A DNA stretch of 64,000 nt, from the NCBI RefSeq assembly GCF_964355755.1, contig NC_092673.1, positions 16,030,948 to 16,094,947 of the forward strand. The letters are read 5' to 3'. This stretch comes from Antedon mediterranea (Eukaryota > Animalia > Echinodermata). Positions 1 through 11,400 of the stretch are shown here, in pieces. Below the pieces are notes generated by a model. The model was not told the DNA's origin. It saw only the letters and a program-made list of their open reading frames with translations, and did no database searches. A program made the translations under genes and the position numbers. Position 1 is the stretch's first letter. Each line of letters opens with the position of its first letter.

Positions 1-2924
1 ATCAAATTATTAACAAGATGACGTCATCAAATTGACATATAAAAATAACAATTTTAGAAGATAATTATCTAAATAATTACATTAAAACAAATTTGAAGAA
101 TTTTGGGAACGTAAAAGTGAGATGCGCTCTCGTTTAAACGCAATGAACTTTTACGCAAGAGATGAAAATATGACTTTTTGAATTCAACTGGCCATATGAT
201 GACGTCACAACATCTTATTGACAAAATATTCACATCAATTCGTATCTACAATCCAATAGCTTCCAGAAAACGTTTTAATAATGATTATCACTTTTTAATC
301 TGACGAGCTATAACAGATTGAAATTTACTGTAAAGATGAAAATAAGTGACCCATGTTATTTACGTTTTTAGACATGATGACGTCATAAAAATTAAAATAT
401 TTTTAATTCATGCGAAAGATAGTTGATTGACGTAGACAATATTACAATTGCGGGGGGAAATGGAATACGTTTAAGCGAGATGCGCTTTGTTGAATGTGAT
501 GAGCAATAACGAAAGAGTAAAAAATCCTATATTTTATATTCGGGTGGCCATACGATGACGTCACAATATCCGGTTAGCCATATCAATGCCTGATTCAAGA
601 AATAAAACTCATCTACTTCCAGAATATGTAATTTAAAAAAAGTTCACCATGTAGTTTAGAATTTATGACTGTTTAAAAAAAGGTCTAATTTTGACAAATT
701 TTTTAACTTTTTCATAAAAAACGCGTGCAAATTATCCAATTCTACGTGCTCGTATGACGTGATTTTAAGTCGAAATTGTTTGAAAGTTGGTAAAATTACT
801 AGAGAAGGCTGAAAAAACAAAAATCAAGCAAAAAAAAGACGTTTTTGCGCTACGTGCGCACGCGCGCGTAAAAATATTGCGCACGCGTGGGAATTTTTGA
901 AATGCACAAAATGACATGAAACGCGTAGAAAGTTGATTAGAAATTAATTTTGCGCATTTTGAAATTTTGAACGCGCGTGCGCGCGTAACTTTATGTAAAA
1001 CATGCCATTTTTAATCCATAGAAAGTTTGCCCTTGATATAACTTAAATTTTCACCAAGTGTTATTACAAAGTTACTTTTATTTTTTATCCTATGATCAAA
1101 CATTGAAATTCATAAAATCGCGCGTAAGTCACGTTGCGCAACTCTGACGTCATTCAAAATATGGAGGTGCACAACTTCAGGTAAATTTCTATATGATGAC
1201 CAAGTTATACAATCTTATGTTGACAAGGATGAGAGATATGCATGCAACAAAATTCCGGGAAAGAAAGAAGAATAAAGAAGATGAAAAAAAAAAAAAAGAT
1301 ATTTACAATAACAAGGGTTATCCGCAACTTCAAAAGTTGCGGATAACCAACTAGATTTGAACTCGTCACTTTGACGAGTTCGGGTTATCCGCGCAAAGGC
1401 AACATGCACATACTTTAAACTATATGAACTTCGACAAATATTATGCCATCCTATGACATGAATTAAACATGTTTACAGTGCTGAATTGTACCTATTATGT
1501 AGCATACAGCATGTTATAGAATACACTGTTATATGTTATATACAGTGTAGTATAGACGAAATTACGAGACCATCTTTTAAATCCAATTAATAACACGATG
1601 ATGTCATCAAATTGACATATAAAGATAACTATTTTAGAAGATAATTATCTAAATAATAACATTAATACAAATTTGAAGAATTTTGGGCACGTAAAAGTGA
1701 CATGCGCTCTCGTTTAAACGCAATGAACTTTTACGCAAAGGATGAAAATACGACTTTTTTTATTCAACTGGCCATATGATGACGTCACAACATCTGGTTG
1801 GCAAAATATTTACATGAATTCGTATCTACAATTCAATGACTTCCAGAAAACGTTTAAATCATGATTATCACTTTTTATTCTGACGAGATATAACAGATTA
1901 AAATTTACTGTAAAGATGAAAATAAGTGACCCAAGTTGTTTACATTTTTAGACATGATGACGTCATAAAAATTAAAATATTTTAACTCCTGCGAAAGATA
2001 GTTGATTGACGTAGACAATATTGAAATCTCGGGGGAAATGGAATACGTATAAGCGAGATGCACTCTGTTGAATGTGATGAGCAATAACGAAAGAGACAAA
2101 AATCTTATATTTTATATTCGAGTGGCCATACGATGACGTCACAATGTCCGGTTAGCCATATCGATGCATGATTTGATATCAACAACTCATCTACTTCCAG
2201 AATCTGAAATTTTCAAAATTTTTACCACGGAGTTTAGAATCTATGACTTTTTAAAAAAAGGCATAATTTTCACGAATTTTTGAACTTTTTCATCAAAAAC
2301 GCGCGCAAATTGTTCAATTCTACGTGCTCGTATGACGTGATTTTAAGTCGAAATTGATTGAAAATTGGTAAATTTACTATAAAAGGCTGAAAAAACAAAA
2401 ATCAAGCAAAAATAGATGTTTTTTGCGCTACGTGCGCACGCACGCGTAAAAAAATGCGCACCCGTAGGAATTTTTGAAACGCTCAAAATGACATGAAACG
2501 CGTAGAAAGTTGATTAGAAGTTGATTTTTCGGTTTTAAAAATTTTAAACGCGCGTGCGCGCGTAACTTTCTGTGAAACATGCCATTTTTAATCCATAGAA
2601 AGTTTGCCCTTGATCTAACTTAAATTTTCACCAAGTGTTATTACAAAGTGACTTTTATTTTTTATCCTATGATCAATCATTGAAATTCATAAAATCGCGC
2701 GTAAGTCACGTTGCGCAACTCTGACGTCATTCAAAATATGGAGGTGCACAACTTCAGGTAAATGTCTATATGATGACCAAGTTATACAATCTTATGTTGA
2801 CAAGGATGAGAGATATGCATGCAACAAAATTCCGGGAAAGAAAGAAGAATAAAGAAGATGAAAAAAAAAAAGATTTTTACAATAACAAGGGTTATCCGCA
2901 ACTTCAAAAGTTGCGGATAACCAA
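1..2924. mobile_element. Two head-to-tail copies (period about 1577 bp) of a non-autonomous element with a terminal hairpin, probably Helitron/Helentron-type
   Basis: 1-1348 matches about 1580-2922. Each copy ends GGTTATCCGCAACTT-caa-AAGTTGCGGATAACC. Copy 2 starts AACTAGATTTG at about 1349 and carries gggttatccgc near its start. Confidence 0.7.
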
Positions 2925-4468
2925 TGATTTCATACAGTTACAAGGAGTTATCCGCTACTAAGCGGATAACTAATAACTTTTTATTTTTCTGTGTCATATA
3001 CTGTAGAAGCAATAACCAAATAGCAAACACATAATGTAAAATTTAAAGATTTTATGGTAACTAATTGCTAATTATTTGCAAAATACTACACCAGTATAAG
3101 GTCTAGTACACTACGTAACAAGACACGGCGTATCTTCTACGATGTTACGCTGTAACCTGCCTAGTGGAAAATGTTTTGCAATTTTGCTCATTAATTTGTT
3201 AAATATTAATCAATTATAGACATATCTGTTCATTGGGTATACATTATGAAGCTGCTATGAGATAAACAACATTCCTACCACATTAAAACAAATATCAACT
3301 ATATAGTATCAACAAACTACCAACGTAACCGTGTCTCATTGTGTATACGACACTCAGTTTTTGACTATGATGTTGACGTTAGAGTACGAAGATAGTTTTG
3401 GCGTTTAATTTTCTTGTATTTTTCATTATAACCCACTATTTTCTAAATTCTAAAAACTAACAAAATAAAAATACACAAAACTTACATGCAATGAAGCGCG
3501 TATAAGTTATTTACAACGTAACAGTTGAAACAACGTAACAGAGGGACACGAAAAGTCTCTACCGCTGTAACTCGAAATTAGCGCGGATCCTTTAGTTCGC
3601 CTGCTTCTTGAATCACGTGACCTTCAACTTCAGAAATAGCTCTCGCGGCGTTCACCACCGATGGTCTATGAATAACTACGTAACGAATATACGAGACACG
3701 AAATGTTCTAAAAAAATAGTTTTTCGTCTGTAACTGACTAAATAAAATCGCCATTTTGTAGAACATTGTGTAAGGTAAATTTCAGTGATCTGTTGTAGTG
3801 AATGTAATTCGATTTTCGTCATTATAGTGGTACTTCTTGTGTCTGTTCACTAATAAAGATCGTACTAACAACGTAACAAAGTGAGACACGAAATGTTACG
3901 TTGTGATGCTGGACGTCGCGGACCGTTGTGTGGAAAACAAAAAATCGTGGGAAATTGTAAATAGCTTATATTTAACGTTGCTTTGTACTCTATTGTGATG
4001 ATAAATAAATACAAAATAACTATTGCTGTAGTATATTTTTTAAACTCTGATATGTCAGTGTATTTAAATGTCACACATATTTTAATAAAATGAGCTAGAC
4101 ACCACGATATATTTTTTTTTTAAATCGTTTTTTTTTGCAATTTTTTTTTTCCAACATGTAATAGTATTAACCCATATTATTGTTCTATCATATGATAAAA
4201 TCATTTTTTAAATAACTATTACCAATTTAGAGTAAACAGCAAACTAACTATCACCAATACTAAAATACCCACTGGCCCCTTAATTTATGGAAACACCCAT
4301 GACTACCGCTGCGAGGATCGTAAATCGTATATATCCTCGAGTACGATGATATTGACTGAGTAATTTTCGCGTAATTATCGTGTCCCTGTCATTAAACATA
4401 TAAAACCCAGCAAATTCTCGAGTACGATGATATTGACTGTAATTTTCGTGTGGCAACACTCGCGTCAT

Positions 4469-4545
4469 CTACTGGGTCTTGAACTCGCGAGGAAATTGTC
4501 ATTCCATCGCAAGACAACGCCTCATGTACTGCGCCACGGAACTTG
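4469..4545 (-). other. Degenerate tRNA-like (pol III A/B box) sequence, probably repeat-derived
   Basis: The minus strand reads TCCGTGGCGCAGTAC...GCGAGTTCAAGACCCAG. No clean cloverleaf. Confidence 0.3.
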
Positions 4546-4912
4546 CTTGGAGAAATTAATCAACTAAACTATTTAAACTATGCATACATAGCGCCTTCAT
4601 TTGTTATTAGTCCTCCCTAGACGTGATGAAAGACCGTTTGTGATTGGTCAGGGGTTTCGTTAGTAGCCGGCAACCGGCGCATTCGACCGTCTACTTTGAC
4701 ATTTTCGCCGGCTACTTTCTGTCTACTTAGGCCTACACGGCCTAGCCTAGGCTAGCTCCCGGCGCGAGTACTTTTATTAATCAAGAACAATACGTACGTG
4801 TTTGTTGTATTTATTACGTTCTCGCGACGACACGATGATGTTGGATTAAAATAGGATTGTAATTAAATATTTAATCAATTATTTTACCATGTAAAGGGAC
4901 CTAAAACTCCCT

Positions 4913-4913
4913 G

Positions 4914-4950
<37 letters not shown>

Positions 4951-4977
4951 ATCAATCATCAATCATCAATCATCAAT
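4913..4977 (+). repeat. Compound microsatellite (CTTT)n followed by ATCA/ATCAATC repeats
   Basis: Read directly from the sequence. Confidence 0.85.
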
Positions 4978-6185
4978 CCCCAGGATTCACATCAAGCGTC
5001 ACGCTTCCGTCCCCCCGATTTTTGGTAATTGACACCCTAGATGGCCGGAAATTCATGCTGAATGACACCTCTAGTTTGGTCGGAAACGACACTTATAGTG
5101 CACTACCTACTTTTACGCGATAAGAAAACAATTTTTCGTTCATTACGAATGTCAGGGGGAAGTCCCCAATGACAAAAAATAGGCCTACTCGTCAGTAGGA
5201 CAACTCTAATTGGCCGGAAACGACACTTAATAGCGCTAGCAAACAGTAAAACGATCGTAGTGTGAGTTTTTATATTATTTTAACAGAATATTTAATTTAA
5301 CTTTACAGAATTGTGCTTTGTTTTATGACAATTACAGGAATAGCAATACTTTGTTTGGAAATGTTGGTTCGTGGCAACCCAGTTGCATCCATTGAAGTGT
5401 TTCTCAACTATTTTATTTTTACAGCAAAAATTGCAATACAATAAAATTACAGATTTTAATTCGAAATTCAGAGGCTTAAAAGGTAATCTTGGTGAACACT
5501 ACAAGGGTGATCACTATCTTTTGCTCAAATTCTGCCTAAGTTATCACTTACCTTTCAGGCTTTTCATTTAATAGCACATAAATTGTTCAATAAACTTGTG
5601 TTAAAATGTTAATATCAAACGTACTAATGTCTGTTGTTGGAGAGTACAAAGGTCACAGAAGTTAGGCTGCTGAATATCTTGTAGTACTAAGTATATATAT
5701 ATAGGCATATTTTGAACTTTAAAGGTCACTTCTTTTTAAAATTGAAAAAATGGATTGACACAGTTATTGCGCATCAGTTTTTTGCACGCAGTATTTTATT
5801 TATGCATTATGAAAAATGGAAAAAGTGGCTACCCTAAATCTGATTAAAATTGCCTCAAATGACGCTAGAACGCGTTGCTTCCAGGGGCTTCGCCATCTGG
5901 ACCCCCACCGGGGGCCCTTGGCGGCCCCTCCCTGACACCCAGTTTAGAGAGAGATTAACCAAATTATTAACCAAATAACTGATACGTTTTTCTGATACTC
6001 ACAATTGCCTAGAGGGATGTTTTTGCCGTTTTTTTAGGGTGTAAAGTATAGCGGCCAAACTGAATGGCAGCCATTTGTTGTGTATTAATTAAAGAAAAGT
6101 CATAATTGCCGTTTGGGAAAATGAATCCACAAAACAATGTTTCCAGTTGTTGATCTTTCAATCAATTATTATGAACAAAATAATA

Positions 6186-6478
6186 ATCTTCATTCAGTAA
6201 CGCCAGCATACAAGTCATCTTCATTCAGTAACACCAGCATACAGGTCGTCTTCATTCAGTAACGCCAGCATACAGGTCATCTTCATGTAGTAACACCAGC
6301 ATACAGGTCGTCTTCATTCAGTAACGCCAGCACACAGGTCATCTTCATTCAGTAAAACCAGCATACAGGAGTCATCTGCATGCAGTAACACCAGCATACA
6401 TCTCATCTTCATTCAGTAACACCAGCATTTATACAGGTCATCTTCATTCAGTAATATGCAGACATACAGGAGTCATCT
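6186..6478 (+). repeat. Minisatellite of about 29 bp (TCATCTTCATTCAGTAACACCAGCATACAGG), continuing at 7814-7857 after an insertion
   Basis: About 10 units. A single copy occurs at about 56974-57003, upstream of gene 2. Confidence 0.9.
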
Positions 6479-7813
6479 CAGGGCTCGAAATTTACTTTTT
6501 TTTCGACTAGCAAACTTTGCTAGTTGTAAAAAAATTAACTAGCAAAATCAGCAGCATAACTAGCAATCACAATTTTTTTCGGTAAAATAGTTAAATTCTA
6601 CACAAATCTGAATTTATTTAGGTGTAGACCTAGGCCTAGCTTTTAGGTGTAGGCCTAGCTAGCTAGGCAAAGCTGTAGTAGTAGTAGTACTCTTTTTAGC
6701 CAAATTAAAAAAAGATCAAGACATGCTTTCATGCTAGCCAAATCATGGTCGTTTCGGCCTATGGACGATTCGTCCCACTTTTTTTAGGTTGAAACATCAA
6801 ACTTTTAAAATTTGAAGCGGAACAAAATTGACTAGGCCTATGTATAAAATATTATTGCCGATGAAAAAACTGAGTTTTATATTGTTTATATCCAGACGTA
6901 ATTAAAACATTAAATTTAATTGCCACCGAGCGAAATTGGTAGGCCCTAAACTAATCCGTCCAAGCTACGCCCGCCGTCTCTCGCGCTCCACTCGTACGTC
7001 TCTATCCAGGAAATTCCCTATCGCACGAGAGAGGCATGATGTTGGAATAATAGTGGGCTGATCAATAGTTTGAAAACAGCTTACGGCATTTCTTAAGTGA
7101 ATTTTTATTCAACGTATTCTTCTTTGATGAATCCTTTGCCCATTGCAGTGTATATCCATGGAGTATACTCCATGGTATATCAGTAATTAAAGTTGTGATG
7201 CGAAAGTGTGTGTAATTTAATTCCACAGGTAAACAATAGGCATAAGCAAATCCATCGCACAAACAACAGGTACCTCGTGGTGTGCCGAGGAGACGTTCTT
7301 CTCGAGCGCGAGATCATAAACAAAATTGGAAGAGTCCATTAAGTGGGGGGTGTTTACTATTTACGAATCTATTAAATACGCGCTTTGACCACTGTGTAGG
7401 CAAAATATTTATTTCGTTAAATCCCTAAATTGATAATCGCGTATTCTGTAATCACGTGACTGATGATGTAATCCTTAGCGACGTACTAAATGCACATGCT
7501 TTTGTGTTGGGGGAAAAGCTTGCTGTTTATAATGCACATCGTTAACAACTATGCTACCACATGATTCACGGTGCTATTCGCGTTTCCTTGACGTAAATTG
7601 GCGGCGTGTAAATGAAACAATTGTTTTCACCAAATTGGTTCCTATTAGCCGTTGTCGACATAGCGATTGGCGGCTAGCGTGGCTAAGCTAAAAAGTACGT
7701 ATTTTTTCAAAATTCACACTAGCAAACATTTGCTAGTTTTGAAATTTTCAACTAGCAATTATCAAGAATCTACTAGCAAAATGCTAGTTTGCTAGCGTGA
7801 ATTTCGAGCCCTG
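6479..7813. mobile_element. Non-autonomous TIR element, hAT-like (CAGGGCTCGAAATT...AATTTCGAGCCCTG)
   Basis: TIRs are clear and CATCT flanks both sides. A truncated second copy lies at about 21420-22430. Confidence 0.85.
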
Positions 7814-7912
7814 CATCTTCATGCAGTAACACCAGCATACAGGTCATCTTTCATTCATTTAATGCAAAGGTTTCTGTCTGATGGAATTATGTTTTACATT
7901 TCATATTTTCAG

Positions 7913-8483
7913 AAGAGAATGTGTAGGCTTACTTTTACACTAGAAGCTGTCGGCATTAATAATTGTTAAATGAAGACACTGTATTTTTGCAATGGAAAGG
8001 TACGTTTTTAACAATTATTTCAAACAAAAATAACCAGCTCCAATATGTGTTGATATTATTGAAATATGTAACTATTAAAAACAAATTAAAATGTTTGAAT
8101 AGTTATATTGACATACATATATATAACATACTTTATAATCAGAATTTATAGTTCAAACAAAAAGAAAACACTTTGATTTTAAGATATTCTTTTGAGAAAA
8201 ATACTTCAAACTTTCTTAAAAGATTATAAAATCCAAAATTATTTCTTTCTTTCTTTAAAAATTATGAAATCATAAATATTACAATTAAAGCGCTTATTCT
8301 CATTAAATATAATAATAATAATATTTCCATCAATCATCATTCTCATTAAATACACGGGTATAAATGGATTATTTCTTACATTTTAACAGGAAACATTTGG
8401 TAGAAGCTTTGTCAAGGAATGATTTGAAAACAATTAAACAAATCTGTAAGACGCAACCAGATCTTCTGAAATCTATCAATGAG
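7913..8483 (+). CDS. Gene 1 start exon (7913-7999, ATG 7992) and N-cap exon (8390-8483): MERKHLVEALSRNDLKTIKQICKTQPDLLKSINE
   Basis: Canonical splice sites with a phase-2 join (AG+G). Both exons are conserved in the paralogue at 58189-58631. Confidence 0.8.
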
Positions 8484-11400
8484 GTATAAAAACAGATATA
8501 TTTTTATAATATTATCAAAGAAGAAATTCTTTTCATTAAAGTTTAAAATTATAGAGGATGTAATTTTATTTAATAGTTTAAAGCTTTTTTACTTAATGAA
8601 TTACAATTCTTTTGCATTATCACACTGATGATGGAGGTATAACCTGCATATACTGATTAACCACATTAGGCTAAAAATAATAATATAAATACACACTGAT
8701 GATGGAGGTATAACCTGCATGTACTGATTAACCACATTAGGCTAAAAATAATAATATAAATACACACTGATGATGGAGGTATAACCTGCATGTACTGATT
8801 AACAACATTAGGCTAAAAATAATAATATAAATACACACTGATGATAGGGGTATAACCTGCATGCACTGATTAACAACATTAGGCTAAAAATAATAATATA
8901 AATACACACTGATGATGGAGGTATAACCTGCATGTACTGATTAACCACATTAGGCTAAAAATAATAATATAAATACACACTGATGATGGAGGTATAACCT
9001 GTATGTACTGATTAACCACATTAGGCTAAAAATAATAATATAAATACACACTGATGAAGGAGGTATAACCTGCATGAACTGATTAACCACATTAGGCTAA
9101 AAATAATTTGCTAGTGTAATAGGCTAACATTCTATAGATATGCTGTGGTAAACCATTCTATTTTGTTCTACTCATTTATTAATAATGATAATTATGATTA
9201 TTTACCACAATATTTAGCAGCAATTGTTGTTGTTTGTATTGACAAAAAACAAACAATTTCACATAATGTCTGTTGTCAGTATTTATAAACTTTATTATGA
9301 TTCCTTTCCAGGATGGTAACACTCCATTACATTCATATCTGGAGAGAGGATACCCTACCTTAGCAATAGTGACTTGTCTCATTCAGCATGGGGCACCAGC
9401 AACATTGCAAAATAAGGTAATGTACAGGGATTTGCTAGTGTAATAGGCTAACATTATATAGATATGCTGTGGTAAACCATTCTATTTTGTTCTACTCATT
9501 TATTAATAATGATAATTATGATTATTTACCACAATATTTAGTAGCAATTGTTGTTGTTTGTATTGACAAAAAACAAACAATTTCACATAATGTCTGTTGT
9601 CAGTATTTATAAACTTTATTATGATTCCTTTCCAGGATGGTGACACTCTATTACATATATATCTGTGGGGTAGATATACTGCACCTAACTTAGAAATAGT
9701 GACGTGTCTCATTCAGCATGGGGTACCAGTAGCATTGCAAAATAAGGTAATGTACAGGGATTTGCTAGTGTAATAGGCTAACATTCTATAGATATGCTGT
9801 GGTAAACCATTCTATTTTGTTCTACTCATTTATTAATAATGATAATTATGATTATTTACCACAATATTTAGCAGTAATTGTTGTTGTTTGTATTGACAAA
9901 AAACAAACAATTTCACATAATGTCTGTTGTCAGTATTTATAAACTTTATTATGATTCCTTTCCAGGATGGTGACACTCTATTACATATATATCTGTGGGG
10001 TAGATATACTGCACCTACCTTAGAAATAGTGACTTGTCTCATTCAGCATGGGGTACCAGTAGCATTGCAAAATAAGGTAATGTACAGGGATTTGCTAGTG
10101 TAATAGGCTAACATTCTATAGATATGCTGTGGTAAACCATTCTATTTTGTTCTACTCATTTATTAATAATGATAATTATGATTATTTACCACAATATTTA
10201 GCAGTAATTGTTGTTGTTTGTATTGACAAAAAACAAACAATTTCACATAATGTCTGTTGTCAGTATTTATAAACTTCATTATGATTCCTTTCCAGTATGG
10301 TTACACTCCATTACATACATATCTGGAGAATGGATATACACCTACCTTAGAAATAGTGACGTGTCTCATTCAGCATGGGGTACCAGTAGCATTGCAAAAT
10401 AAGGTAATGTACAGGGATTTGCTAGTGTAATAGGCTAACATTCTATAGATAAGCTGTGGTAAACCATTCTATTTTGTTCTACTCATTTATTAATAATGAT
10501 AATTATGATTATTTACCACAATATTTAGCAGCAATTGTTGTTGTTTGTATTGACAAAAAACAAACAATTTCACATAATGTCTGTTGTCAGTATTTATAAA
10601 CTTTATTGTGATTCCTTTCCAGAATGGTAACACTCCATTACATTCATATCTGAAGAGAGGATACCCTACCTTAGCAATAGTGACTTGTCTCATTCAGCAT
10701 GGGGCACCAGCAACATTGCAAAATAAGGTAATGTACAGGGATTTGCTAGTGTAATAGGCTAACATTATATAGATATGCTGTGGTAAATCATTCTATTTTG
10801 TTCTACTCATTTATTAATAATGATAATTATGATTATTTACCACAATATTTAGCAGTAATTGTTGTTGTTTGTATTGACAAAAAACAAACAATTTCACATA
10901 ATGTCTGTTGTCAGTATTTATAAACTTTATTATGATTCCTTTCCAGGATGGTGACACTCCATTACATATACATCTGAAATATGAATATCCTTACTTAGAA
11001 ATAGTGAAGTGTCTCATTCAGCATGGGTCACCAGTAGCATTGCAAAATAAGGTAATGTACAGGGATTTGCTAGTGTAATAAGCTAAAATTCTTTAGATCT
11101 ACTGAAATAAACTATTCAGTGAGAGAAAAAAGTAAGCCCATTAACAAAAATCAAATTTTATTAAAACAAACCAAATTAAAATAATAACTAAACAGTTATA
11201 TATGATTTATGATAACTGATTTAAAGTATACAGTTATCCATCACATAACATTAATGTTTTTTCTTAATGAACAAAAACAATCTACTTGTAATTTTTTATA
11301 TTCAGGTGAATCAGTATAATTTTGTTTAAATACTTTTTACCATAAAATAAATATATATTGCTCAATATGTAGCTGTAAAGATAATAACAATTGAAAATGG

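Larger units (their letters stand above)
9107..11095 (+). repeat. Tandem exon+intron array, 6 units of 324-330 bp (219-bp intron plus ankyrin exon)
   Basis: Introns 9417-9635, 9747-9965, 10077-10295, 10404-10622 and 10728-10946 are each 219 bp and differ by only a few SNPs. Confidence 0.95.

Noticed and set aside
9179-10693. Repeated minus-strand ORFs (MRQVTI...)
   Set aside because: They are antisense to the ankyrin exons and run through the introns. The + strand reading explains the structure.
9107-11095. CRISPR-like pattern of constant repeats with variable spacers
   Set aside because: The constant parts are 219-bp GT-AG introns and the variable parts are mutually homologous ankyrin exons. 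The context is eukaryotic with no cas genes.
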